A stretch of DNA of 64,000 nt from an uncultured Alphaproteobacteria bacterium (GCA_963740675.1 CAVUFS010000009.1:43380-107379), one strand, 5' to 3'; positions 1 to 9,163 are shown, counted from the stretch's first letter. Numbers and translations: made by a program. Notes: generated by a model not told the origin, from the letters alone.

Positions 1-1
1 A

Positions 2-94
2 TACGGAGAATATCCGTACGTCCCGGCAGGTGAGATCAAGAAGGCGCTGACGCTAAAGAAAGCCTTCTCGGAAATGCTCGACCAAATGCAGTGA
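2..94 (+). CDS. 3' end of an unidentified upstream gene (…YGEYPYVPAGEIKKALTLKKAFSEMLDQMQ*), partial
   Basis: Open frame from the window edge to TGA at 92-94. The stop overlaps the GTG at 91 of the next ORF (GTGA). No family recognisable from 30 aa. Confidence 0.3.
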   Translation, partial: YGEYPYVPAGEIKKALTLKKAFSEMLDQMQ

Positions 95-1539
95 GCACCG
101 ACGGCGAAAGGCCTTCCATGGTAGATACCTACGATTTCATCGCTATTGGAGCGGGTCCAGCAGGGGAAAGCGCTACCGAGTTGGCGGCTTTCTTTGGCCA
201 CCGTTCGGCCGTGATCGAAAAGGCACAGCCGGGTGGAACAGTGACCACGACAGGGGGAGCGCCAACGAAGACGCTCCGCGAAGCGGCTCTCTATTTTTCC
301 GGACTGCGCGAGGGCGACATCTACGGCATACGATCGGCGACAGCGCCAGAGATCGTCCTGGATACGATCCGCAGACGCACTTGGCAGGTCTGCGACTTGT
401 TGCAAGAGGAGACGGCGAAAAATATCGCTAAGAGCAACGTCGAGCTCATCGAGGGCAGCGCTCGGCTCGGTCAAGGCAACAGCGTCGTTGTAACCGGGAA
501 GGATGGCAAAGCGCGCACGCTACACGCGAAAACAATCTTGATTGCGACTGGCTCCCGGCCATGGAGACCCCAGAACTTTCAATTCGATGTCCCCGGTGTC
601 TGCGACACGGACACGATCTTGCGTCGTGGGCGCGTTCCGCGAGACATTCTCATCGTGGGCGGTGGTCCGGTCGGCGTGGAGTTCGCCACCATTTGTCACG
701 CTCTCGGCGCGAAAGTTGCGCTGGTCGATCGTGCGAGCCGCTTGATGACGGCGATGGATGGGGAAATCGTCGATCGAATGGCAGAGCTGTTCAGGGAATG
801 GGGCATAGAGATTTCGTTCGGAGCGACCGTAGAAAGCATCGTAGCGAAAGGCGAGACCTTGGAGGTCAAGCTGTCGTCCGGGGAAATGGTTTGTCCGGAC
901 ACGGTCCTATTCGCCGCCGGACGCGTCGCGAATACGGAAGACCTAGGGCTCGATGCCGTTGGCGTCACCTGCGATGCCCGCGGCCGGATCGTCGTCGACA
1001 AGAATTTTCGCACGTCTGCAGAGCGCATTTACGCCGCCGGAGACGTCCTCAGGCCAACGCTGGCCTCGATCGCGATGGAGCAGGGTCGGGCCGCCGTTTG
1101 TAACGCTTTCAGCATTCCGTTCGAGGGCAGGGTCGACCCGACTCCGGTCTCGGCGGTCTACGGCATGCCGGAGATCTCGGGCGCTGGCCTCACGGAAGAG
1201 CAGTGCCGCGCCCAAAACCTCGACTATGAGGTTGGTCGCGCCGACCTCGCACGCACGCCGCGCGGCGCCATTGCCGGCCGGGGCGGATTGCTGAAACTGA
1301 TTTTTCTGAAAGCAAACCGGCAGTTGATCGGTGTTCATTGTATCGGAGACATCGCATCGGAGATCGTGGGGATCGGCCAGATGACGATACGCTGCGCGGC
1401 AACGATGAACACGATCATGAATATGTCGATGAACACGCCGACTTACGCCTACGCCTATAAATACGCCGCCTTCGACGGGCTACGCCGCGTGATGACCGCG
1501 GCACCAAGCGAGGTCAATTTGCGATCAGTGAAAAACTGA
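91..1539 (+). CDS. sthA: Soluble pyridine nucleotide transhydrogenase-like flavoprotein (class I pyridine nucleotide-disulfide oxidoreductase fold)
   Basis: FAD dinucleotide motif DFIAIGAGPAG, NAD motif [14 protein letters not shown], and C-terminal dimerisation region ending NTPTYAYAYKYAAFDGL, colinear with SthA. The true start may be the ATG at 118 (MVDTYDF), preceded by GAAAGG. Confidence 0.8.
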   Translation: MSTDGERPSMVDTYDFIAIGAGPAGESATELAAFFGHRSAVIEKAQPGGTVTTTGGAPTKTLREAALYFSGLREGDIYGIRSATAPEIVLDTIRRRTWQVCDLLQEETAKNIAKSNVELIEGSARLGQGNSVVVTGKDGKARTLHAKTILIATGSRPWRPQNFQFDVPGVCDTDTILRRGRVPRDILIVGGGPVGVEFATICHALGAKVALVDRASRLMTAMDGEIVDRMAELFREWGIEISFGATVESIVAKGETLEVKLSSGEMVCPDTVLFAAGRVANTEDLGLDAVGVTCDARGRIVVDKNFRTSAERIYAAGDVLRPTLASIAMEQGRAAVCNAFSIPFEGRVDPTPVSAVYGMPEISGAGLTEEQCRAQNLDYEVGRADLARTPRGAIAGRGGLLKLIFLKANRQLIGVHCIGDIASEIVGIGQMTIRCAATMNTIMNMSMNTPTYAYAYKYAAFDGLRRVMTAAPSEVNLRSVKN

Positions 1540-1612
1540 CCGCGGTACCGCACATCGATGCGGACGCTTAAGCCATGAGCAGCGTCTGCGAACAGCCACA
1601 GAGAGGTGGCAA

Positions 1613-2629
1613 ATGACCCAGGCAATTGGCCAGGCTCGAGCCTACAATCAAACCCATGCGCCGCGACCCCGCATACCGGGCCGGCGGCGTTTTAGCATCT
1701 ATTGGTCATGGAGCTACCCCTGGGAGTCCAACAGAGACGTGACCCAGTTGGACAATCGCTTTTCGACCATGACCGAAGTCCGCCGCGTGGGCTGGCCCAA
1801 TTTTGAGTTGATCGAGTTCTCGGAAAAGATGTTTCTACAAGGCATCGCCGGAACGCTTGAGCTTTTCCACCTCTCGCTGGTGCGATTCCAGACGCTTATC
1901 GCCGAAGTCACCGGCTATCCGGTACCCGTCTTCCAGCGAATTGACCAAGCAGGCCAGAAGCTGCCGCTGGATGAACGCGTTCTTGGCGACACGGACACTC
2001 TGATGGTCTTCGGGCTGGACCACATGATTACGGGTCAGGAAGCCACTTCGGAGGAAATAGAAGCGGTCCAGCGGTTTCTCCAACGCGAAGGCACCTGTCT
2101 GATCCTGGGACCGCACCACGATGTTGGAGCTTCTGCCGATGTGAAGACACGCGCCATCGAATACGCCCATCATGGCGATCCTTTGGTGCCACGGCAGCAG
2201 CGCTTTGGCCAATACACCCGATCTTTGATGAAGGGACTCCAGGTGCCTGTCGAAAATCAGTACGGGCTTCGGCCGGCAACAATCCAGGGGACCAATCGAT
2301 TAGCCCCGCTGTCGATTGCGCAGGACCTGGATAGACGGGGATGGCTTAGCGGGGTCGGCACATTCAACTTCCATATGCACTTGCCGCACTATGCGGTTAT
2401 CGCAGACGACCCGACGGCGGTCCATGTCTTGGCGCGACAACCCATCGATACGTCCAAGCCGCATCCCTTCATCGAAGCAGGAAACCGCGAATTCAATATG
2501 TTCCTTTGGATGCCGCCGACGGGCAACCGCAGCGGCGACATACTGATGGCCGACTCCACTATCTTCACCACGCTGTTCGGCGGCGACGAAAGCCTGGTGC
2601 AGTTCTGGAGGAATCTCGCGATCAAATGA
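1613..2629 (+). CDS. Hypothetical protein, weak ThuA/GATase1-like pattern (DTLMVFGLDH…EEIEAVQRFLQREGTCLILGPHHD)
   Basis: 338-aa ORF with AGAGGTGG Shine-Dalgarno 3 nt before the ATG. It ends 14 nt before the DyP gene. No firm family recognised. Confidence 0.6.
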   Translation: MTQAIGQARAYNQTHAPRPRIPGRRRFSIYWSWSYPWESNRDVTQLDNRFSTMTEVRRVGWPNFELIEFSEKMFLQGIAGTLELFHLSLVRFQTLIAEVTGYPVPVFQRIDQAGQKLPLDERVLGDTDTLMVFGLDHMITGQEATSEEIEAVQRFLQREGTCLILGPHHDVGASADVKTRAIEYAHHGDPLVPRQQRFGQYTRSLMKGLQVPVENQYGLRPATIQGTNRLAPLSIAQDLDRRGWLSGVGTFNFHMHLPHYAVIADDPTAVHVLARQPIDTSKPHPFIEAGNREFNMFLWMPPTGNRSGDILMADSTIFTTLFGGDESLVQFWRNLAIK

Positions 2630-2642
2630 TCCGGAGGATGCT

Positions 2643-3971
2643 TTGACCGTATCCACGCTGGAACTAGACGACATTCAGAGCGGCGTACTGCGTCCGCGGC
2701 CGGCGCCCTATGCGGCGACTTATATCTTGTTTCGGATCGACGATTGCGCGGCCGGAAGGCAGTTGATCCGGCGGCTGAGCACCGTGGTGTCGTCGGCCGC
2801 ACAATCGACGGCCTCGCCGCGCGATGCCTGGGTCAGCGTCGCCCTCACTTTTCAGGGACTGAAGGCGTTGCGTGTGCCGCAAACCTCGCTTGATAGCTTC
2901 TCTCCTGAATTCCAACAGGGAATGCTCGCACGAGCACATCTGCTGGGAGACAAAGGCGACAGCCATCCCGCGAATTGGGAGAAGCCGTTAGGATCGCCCG
3001 ACGTACACGTCGTGATCACTGCGCTATCGCCGGACAAAGAACATCTTGAAATGGCGCTTGAGCGTGCGCGCACAGCCTATCGAGAAATGCCGGGCATCTC
3101 CGCTATCTGGCGCCAGGATTGCCACGCTCTACCAAACGAGAAGGAAGCTTTCGGATATCGGGACGGGATCAGTCATCCCGCCATCGAAGGAAGCGGGATC
3201 TCCGGCACCAACCCCAACGAGCGTCCCTTGAAACCAGGGGAATTCGTTCTCGGCTATCCAGACGAGATGAGCGACGCGCCTGCGATACCCCAGCCGGAAA
3301 TATTGGGACGCAATGGGAGTTACGCCACCTTTCGCAAGCTGCACCAGCGCGTGGCCGCGTTCCGTCAGTACCTGAAAGAAAATGCCGACGATCCACAAAT
3401 GCAAGAAGTGTTGGCGGCGAAGATGATGGGGCGTTGGCGCAGTGGGGCGCCGCTCGCTTTGTGCCCGCTGCATGACGACCCCGGTCTTGGAGGCGACCCC
3501 CGGCGCAACAACGCCTTTCTCTTCAAGGAAGATGATGCGATCGGCTACAAGACTCCGGCAGGATCGCACATCCGCCGGATGAACCCCCGCGACGCCAATG
3601 TTGCCGGCGTCGTTCGCATCCACCGTATGATCCGTCGCGGAACCTCTTACGGGCCCCCGCTCGCGGATGATGCTCTGAAGGACGACGGAATAGACCGGGG
3701 TTTGATGTTTGCGTTCATCGGAGCCCATCTGGGACGACAATTCGAGTTCGTCCAGTCGGAATGGATGAACGACAGTGCTTTTTTTGATGGCCGCGCGGGG
3801 AAGGATCCCGTTGCTGGCGCGAGCGACGGTGTAAGCGATTTCGACATACCGAGACGACCTCTTCCGATGCGTTTGCGTAGCTTGCCCCGGTTCGTCGTCA
3901 CAAGAGGGGGCGAATATTGCTTCCTGCCGGGCATTCGCGCTTTGCGCTGGCTGGCGGAACTCGACACGTAA
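2643..3971 (+). CDS. Dyp-type (dye-decolorizing) heme peroxidase
   Basis: GXXDG motif (FGYRDGISHP) and proximal-His region AGSHIRRMNPRD, with typical length. TTG start preceded by GGAGGA at 2633-2638. Confidence 0.9.
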   Translation: MTVSTLELDDIQSGVLRPRPAPYAATYILFRIDDCAAGRQLIRRLSTVVSSAAQSTASPRDAWVSVALTFQGLKALRVPQTSLDSFSPEFQQGMLARAHLLGDKGDSHPANWEKPLGSPDVHVVITALSPDKEHLEMALERARTAYREMPGISAIWRQDCHALPNEKEAFGYRDGISHPAIEGSGISGTNPNERPLKPGEFVLGYPDEMSDAPAIPQPEILGRNGSYATFRKLHQRVAAFRQYLKENADDPQMQEVLAAKMMGRWRSGAPLALCPLHDDPGLGGDPRRNNAFLFKEDDAIGYKTPAGSHIRRMNPRDANVAGVVRIHRMIRRGTSYGPPLADDALKDDGIDRGLMFAFIGAHLGRQFEFVQSEWMNDSAFFDGRAGKDPVAGASDGVSDFDIPRRPLPMRLRSLPRFVVTRGGEYCFLPGIRALRWLAELDT

Positions 3972-4107
3972 GCGAATACGGCTTCTGCGTTTGAAGTCTT
4001 GCGACACGTTTCGCGGAACACCCTCGAATATTCATCGGCCCGTCGCGCGATGCCCAGCATGGCGGCGGGCTTATTGAATTTCGGGCTCTTTCGTCTGGAG
4101 AGTACCC

Positions 4108-4281
4108 ATGAAACGGACACTTGTTTTTTTGTCTTTGATCGCATGGCTCATAGCGGCTTGCAGCGAGAGCGGCGGTGCAAATTTGACGTGTCAGACCGAG
4201 ACGCAAAACGGCGTGAAGTGGGGATATTATCCAGGCTATGGCTGTGGACCGGTTCCGAGAGCACAAACACACTTTTCATAA
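4108..4281 (+). CDS. Small (57 aa) putative lipoprotein, below the ORF-track size cutoff
   Basis: MKRTLVFLSLIAWLIAAC has a signal peptide with a lipobox (LIAAC). GGAGAG lies 5 nt upstream of the ATG. The gene sits in a lower-GC intergenic patch. Confidence 0.5.
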   Translation: MKRTLVFLSLIAWLIAACSESGGANLTCQTETQNGVKWGYYPGYGCGPVPRAQTHFS

Positions 4282-4321
4282 ACGCGTGCCGATGCTTTTC
4301 TCCGCATCGAACTTCTGTACG

Positions 4322-5380
4322 TCAACGCCGGATCGTTATTGCATCTTGGTGTTCGCGAACCGCCGGCAGCACTTTCTCGGCGTAGAATTCGATGACGCGG
4401 TGCTGATCGGTTTGGCTGGCGTGGATGTTGACGAGCTTCACGCCGCTATCGAATAGACGCAGCATCGCGTCGATATGGACATTCGGGTTCGCGCTGACGC
4501 ACCAATCCGCGAGCACCTTGTCCAACGGTACTTCGGCCTCGGCGCGACGTTGAATTTCGGTGGGGTCGGCAATGCCGAAATAGGTTTCGAACGCTTTCGG
4601 AATGAAGCGCCACAGTTCGGCCCCTTCCCGCGCGTCATTCTCGTCGCCGACGACAACAAAGGTCTCGGCAATCACCGGCATCGCATTGGGATCTTTGCCG
4701 GCGGCGCGCGCCGCGCTTTCCCATTCGCCGCGATGTTCGCGCCAGGTCTTGGGATCGGTAATAAGACCGTCGCCATGGGCGCCGGCCAGCCGCATCGATT
4801 TTTTGCCGTTGGCGGCGGTAATGATCGGGATGGGCGCCGCCGGCACATCGTAAAGCCGTCCCTCGACAGCATAGTATTTGCCGCAATGCGCGACGTGCTC
4901 GCCGGTCCAGAGCTTGCGGATAATGCCCGCGGCTTCCGCCAAGCGCTCCCACCGCTCCTCCCACCGGGGCCACTGCCCCGTCGCCGCTTCTTCATTGAGG
5001 GCCTCGCCGGAGCCGAGGCCAAGAAAGACGCGGCCGGGATAAAGCAGGCTCAACGACGTGAAGACCTCCGCGACGATGGCCGGGCTGTAGCGCAGCGTTG
5101 GGCAGGTGACGAAGGTCCCCATCGTCGTTTTACGCGTCCGCGCGCCAAGCGCAGCCATCGTTACCCAGGCCGAGCCCGAATGCCCCTCATTCGCTTGCCA
5201 CGGCTGGAAATGATCGCTTGCGGCGAGGAAATCGAACCCGGCTTTGGCGGCCGTCGCACCGATATAGACAAGCTCCGGCACGGCGAATTGCTCATGCGCC
5301 AGCATATAGCCGACCATGCCCTTGCTCAGTGCACTCGGATTTGAGGAGCCGCCTAGCGACGCAATGATGCCGCTTTTCAT
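4322..5380 (-). CDS. Luciferase-like monooxygenase (LLM) family oxidoreductase, F420-dependent G6PDH-subfamily-like
   Basis: N-terminal pattern VGYMLAHEQF..PELV…AGFDFLAASDHFQPW…TCPTLRYSPAIVAEVF…GRVFLGLGSGEALNE is typical of that LLM subfamily. ATG at 5380 with GAGAGG 7 nt upstream. Confidence 0.75.
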   Translation of the reverse strand: MKSGIIASLGGSSNPSALSKGMVGYMLAHEQFAVPELVYIGATAAKAGFDFLAASDHFQPWQANEGHSGSAWVTMAALGARTRKTTMGTFVTCPTLRYSPAIVAEVFTSLSLLYPGRVFLGLGSGEALNEEAATGQWPRWEERWERLAEAAGIIRKLWTGEHVAHCGKYYAVEGRLYDVPAAPIPIITAANGKKSMRLAGAHGDGLITDPKTWREHRGEWESAARAAGKDPNAMPVIAETFVVVGDENDAREGAELWRFIPKAFETYFGIADPTEIQRRAEAEVPLDKVLADWCVSANPNVHIDAMLRLFDSGVKLVNIHASQTDQHRVIEFYAEKVLPAVREHQDAITIRR

Positions 5381-5461
5381 CGGAGAGCCTCTCACCTGTT
5401 GAGAGGAAAATCCGACAGAAGCGTCCGCAGTTCCGCGCGATCGCGCGTGAAACGCGGCGCG

Positions 5462-5902
5462 CTATATCAAACGATCGGCAGGCGCGGCTTGAAGCCAGGC
5501 TCGCGCATCCGCGAGCGCATCGAACAGCTTGATTTGCATGCGCCTGCCCATCGCATTCTCGATCTCCGCGAGGGCAACGCGCGCAAAGTAGTTCTCGCTT
5601 TTTTTGGCCGCCGCAACGCGCAATCCGGCGCTGATGGCGCGCGGCATCCAATTTTCCAATATCCAGAGCCGGTCTTCCGCCGCGATCGAGACGAGCGACG
5701 TGTCATCGCCGAGGACCTTGCTGACGCGATGCTTCTTGATGAGCTCGAGCAGTCGTTCGTGAACGGCACGCAACTCGGTGCTGGTCGCGTACCCCTTCCA
5801 CTGCACCACAACGCCAGGAATCGTATTGTCCAACGTCAACGAGCACGTTGGGAGATCGAGATACTCTGAACCCACTCCGGAGCCCCCTACCTTAGACGGC
5901 AC
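5462..5902 (-). CDS. Hypothetical cytoplasmic protein (STAS/SpoIIAA-like impression)
   Basis: 146-aa ORF with protein-like composition. No firm motif and start uncertain. Confidence 0.5.
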   Translation of the reverse strand: MPSKVGGSGVGSEYLDLPTCSLTLDNTIPGVVVQWKGYATSTELRAVHERLLELIKKHRVSKVLGDDTSLVSIAAEDRLWILENWMPRAISAGLRVAAAKKSENYFARVALAEIENAMGRRMQIKLFDALADARAWLQAAPADRLI

Positions 5903-5955
5903 AATTTTTACGTCCGGTTTTCGACGGAAATTGTGTCATTTCTGGGGCACGCCGT

Positions 5956-6621
5956 TCAGCCGGGCGGCGCGATATACCAGCTGTCGTCGACGGCAATGCA
6001 CGGCGCCTGCGCCATGCCGAAGATCGTGGTGCGATCGCAGAGCACGGCCTCGCCGAGAATGGTCATCGGGCAGCCGAGCTTCGATTTGACCGCATCCTTC
6101 TGACATTGCGCGAAGGCGGCCTTGGCCGCGCGGCTAGCGCTTTTTGACAGTAAATTTACACCTTCGTCAGGGGTGCGTTTCACATCAACCTGCGAGGTGG
6201 CGAGGGACGAAGGCATCAAGAACTCGCCGCGGGTGGTTTTCACATAAACGCCTTGCACCGAAACCTTGGCGTCGTGATGCGCCAGATCCTGCCCATAGAG
6301 TTTGAAGTTCTCGATGCTCGTCGCCTTGAAGCCCTTGCGCTCGTCGTCGCGCATCCGCGCCGCGACATCGTTGCGATATTTCTCGACCGTGCGTTGGCGC
6401 GCCGCTTCCGCCGCCTGAGCGGCCGCGGCTTGTTGCGCCTTCTGTGCGTCGAACGCCGTCTGCACTTGCTTGCAATCGGTGGCGGTCAGACTGACCGAAG
6501 CGGCGTGGTCACCGTCGCCGACGGTACAGGCCGATTTCTCCTCGACCGGCGCGCAGCCCGCGAGCGCGAGTGTCGCCACCATGACAGTGGGGAGAATGAA
6601 CGTTTTGGCCAAAAACCGCAT
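5956..6621 (-). CDS. Hypothetical lipoprotein
   Basis: MRFLAKTFILPTVMVATLALAGC is a signal peptide with a lipobox. The mature part has a Q/A-rich coil and several Cys. Confidence 0.7.
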   Translation of the reverse strand: MRFLAKTFILPTVMVATLALAGCAPVEEKSACTVGDGDHAASVSLTATDCKQVQTAFDAQKAQQAAAAQAAEAARQRTVEKYRNDVAARMRDDERKGFKATSIENFKLYGQDLAHHDAKVSVQGVYVKTTRGEFLMPSSLATSQVDVKRTPDEGVNLLSKSASRAAKAAFAQCQKDAVKSKLGCPMTILGEAVLCDRTTIFGMAQAPCIAVDDSWYIAPPG

Positions 6622-6921
6622 ATCGAGTGCTACTCCAGAAGATCAAACCGGACCGGGAGCCCGAACCTATCGCAAGTGGGCGGCATCCTGCGACCCGCGA
6701 ATGGAGGAAAATCGATAAATTTTAGGAGGCTTCATGGGCTTTACCCCGACCGACGATGCTGCTCAAAATTCTATCATGACCGACGAATGGGCGCGCGAAA
6801 GACGTTGGCTCGACGATGGGACAAGACCCAAAGCTGGCGTTTTGCCTCCATGAATCAGCAAATCTGTCCGACTTCCGACGCAATCGCGTGCGACGATCAC
6901 ATTGCATGAGAGGATAACACC

Positions 6922-7398
6922 ATGACAGGCATCGCCCACGCCGCCAACTCTCTCAGAACCGCAGCCGTGCCGCGGAGCGCCGAGTGGATCAGCGGGCTTT
7001 GGCCCATAGCCGGGCGTGTCGCCGTTTGTGCCTGTTACATCGGGGTCGCGCTGTTCGTTTTCGCCAGCCTGCAAGACCGCACCGAAACCATCACTGTCGC
7101 ATTGATCGGACTCGTCTTCGCCAGTCTGCGAGCGACGACGCTGGTCGGCGTTTGCGCCCAGCGCCGCGTGGCGTTCCTCTTGGAGAATGAAATCAAGAGC
7201 GCGCGCCAGACGATGGCGCAAGGTATCCCGCCGACGCCGGTCTCCGATGCAGAGTTCGACCGGTCGCTCGATGCGCTGTCGCGGCCGCTGCTGATCGACT
7301 ATGCGAGTCTCGCCGTGATCGCATTGATCTGCCTTTATCAGCTCTCGCTCGCGGTCTTTTACGGGATGGCGTATCAGCAGATGCTCGGACTGAACTGA
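6922..7398 (+). CDS. Hypothetical integral membrane protein
   Basis: 158-aa ORF with 3-4 hydrophobic helices (e.g. VAVCACYIGVALFVFASL, LAVIALICLYQLSLAVFYG). Confidence 0.55.
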   Translation: MTGIAHAANSLRTAAVPRSAEWISGLWPIAGRVAVCACYIGVALFVFASLQDRTETITVALIGLVFASLRATTLVGVCAQRRVAFLLENEIKSARQTMAQGIPPTPVSDAEFDRSLDALSRPLLIDYASLAVIALICLYQLSLAVFYGMAYQQMLGLN

Positions 7399-7454
7399 GC
7401 GACCGCGCGGCCAGCGAGCAGCAGCAGGCGCGCGATTGCATCGCGCGCGGCAAT

Positions 7455-7775
7455 TCATTCGCCGATATATTTTCCGTTGGGCGCAAGCTTGCACACGCCC
7501 ATGACATAGGTGCCGTCAGAGCACATCGTCATGCGGCCGGTACCGCTGACATAATTGCCTTTGGGTGTCAGCACCGGCGGCCCGCTGGTGTATTGTCCAT
7601 TCGGCGCCATCCGTGCTTCGCGATCACCTGAGATATAGGAGCCGTCTGGCGCCTGCTTGCAGGACGAGCCAGCGACATAAGAGCCATCGGGACACGGCAC
7701 CATGGCGGACGCCGGCGCCGAGGCTGATACGACGAAGGCGGTCATCAAAAGCGCTAATAGTGCTAGGCGCGCCAT
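7455..7775 (-). CDS. Small secreted Cys-containing repeat protein (six P[DN]GxY[VI]xG-type repeats)
   Basis: Signal peptide MARLALLALLMTAFVVSASAPASA. Repeats are PDGSYVAG, PDGSYISG, PNGQYTSG, PKGNYVSG, SDGTYVMG and PNGKYIGE. Confidence 0.65.
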   Translation of the reverse strand: MARLALLALLMTAFVVSASAPASAMVPCPDGSYVAGSSCKQAPDGSYISGDREARMAPNGQYTSGPPVLTPKGNYVSGTGRMTMCSDGTYVMGVCKLAPNGKYIGE

Positions 7776-7898
7776 GCGGGCTCGTCCCTCGTTGGGGCAT
7801 CGCTGCCCGGGCTTTGTTGCGACGGTGTTTCAGAGGCTTCAGGAACCGTCCGGAATTCTCTTCCGGCACCATAGCCGCCGCTCCGCCGCCTTAACGTG

Positions 7899-8504
7899 CT
7901 AACGACGTGCGGGTTCCCGCGACGCAACGAGGTTGCGGAAGGTCACGGAATAGCGCAACCGGTCGAGTTGCGGGATGCTGTGCTCCCATTCGCCGCGCGC
8001 CGTCCCCCGCAGAAGATAGGCCGAGCGCGGGACGATGCGCTGCGACGCGCGCTCCCAGCCCGCTCCCTTTTCTCGACGAAACCGCAATGTGCAGGGCGCG
8101 AGCAGCGAGATCGCAATGACATCGGCGAATTCGGCCTTGTCGCGATGCCAGCCGATACCGGCGCCCGGCGAATATTCGGTGACGAGAATATGCTCGAGGC
8201 TTTCCGATGCAACGCCGGCAAAACCCGCGGCACGCTCGCGCAACGGCAGCAGAAAGGACGGGATGGGTGTGGCCGGCTGCACAGTGCGGGCACCGTAATC
8301 GTAGCGCCAGCCGAAGGAGACGACGCGCCGATTGCCGAGGTGGCCGTGAAATTCGAAAGGCTTGAACGGTAGTTCCACTATCTGCTCGACCAGCGCGCGC
8401 TCTTCCGCCGCGGTGATGACCTCATCGCGATAGGCAAAGCCCGCCGGAAGCCGAGGCTCGGCGGCAAACAGCTCGATTTGATCGGCGGCACGCGGGCGAG
8501 TCAT
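7899..8504 (-). CDS. alkB: Fe(II)/2-oxoglutarate-dependent dioxygenase, AlkB-like
   Basis: GIGWHRDK…(H-x-D) and a distal …WEHSIP… His are typical of AlkB. The ATG at 8504 overlaps the upstream stop as ATGA. Confidence 0.8.
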   Translation of the reverse strand: MTRPRAADQIELFAAEPRLPAGFAYRDEVITAAEERALVEQIVELPFKPFEFHGHLGNRRVVSFGWRYDYGARTVQPATPIPSFLLPLRERAAGFAGVASESLEHILVTEYSPGAGIGWHRDKAEFADVIAISLLAPCTLRFRREKGAGWERASQRIVPRSAYLLRGTARGEWEHSIPQLDRLRYSVTFRNLVASREPARR

Positions 8505-9052
8505 ACCCGCGAAATATAGGGATCGACGCGTCGTCGCTCGAGATCGAAAGGCAGGCACAAAAGATGGCCGAGCAGCGAGCCCAGCAACAACCCGACCGCG
8601 CCATAGAGGATCGCCGTCACCGTGAAATCGAGATGAATGATGTAGGTTTGCAGCGCGGTCCGCCAGATCGCGGCTTTGTAGCCGTCCGGGTCGTGCGCCG
8701 CGTCGGCGAGCGCGACCATCGGCTGGAAGATCGCAGCGCTGCCCTCGATATGGTCGCGCGCCGCTTGCAGGGTGGCAACGCGATCGATCGAGCGCGCGAG
8801 CGCTTCGGCATTCGCCGGCTCATACGCCTGCAGCGCCTGGATCAGCGAGGCATCATCGCCGGCCGGCAGCGAATAATATTGCCGCGCGGCCGCTTCGCGC
8901 TGATCGACATCGCGCCGCGCATCGGCGCTGACCTGCAGCAGCGCGGTCGCGTAATCATGGGTGAAAGCCGGCGCTTGCATCGCGATGATCGCCAGCACCA
9001 AGGCCAAAGCGAGGCGCACGCTGTGCGATAGCCAGCGCTTCAGAAAGCGCAT
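8501..9052 (-). CDS. DUF2937-like membrane protein
   Basis: N- and C-terminal hydrophobic helices flank a helical middle. Architecture and length fit DUF2937. The stop overlaps the alkB start. Confidence 0.55.
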   Translation of the reverse strand: MRFLKRWLSHSVRLALALVLAIIAMQAPAFTHDYATALLQVSADARRDVDQREAAARQYYSLPAGDDASLIQALQAYEPANAEALARSIDRVATLQAARDHIEGSAAIFQPMVALADAAHDPDGYKAAIWRTALQTYIIHLDFTVTAILYGAVGLLLGSLLGHLLCLPFDLERRRVDPYISRV

Positions 9053-9163
9053 GTCCTATCCCCGGATGCTGCTGCGTCCGCCATGATACAGACAAGCACC
9101 ATAGACGAGCAGCGGCCGCCGGCGAAAGCCGGCAGCCGCCGTGAACTTGCCGAGACGTCGATC

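Noticed and set aside
2643-3971. DyP as encapsulin cargo or as EfeB of an EfeUOB iron system
   Set aside because: There is no shell gene and no efeU/efeO nearby. The C-terminus (…RALRWLAELDT) does not resemble the targeting peptides I know, and there is no twin-arginine leader.
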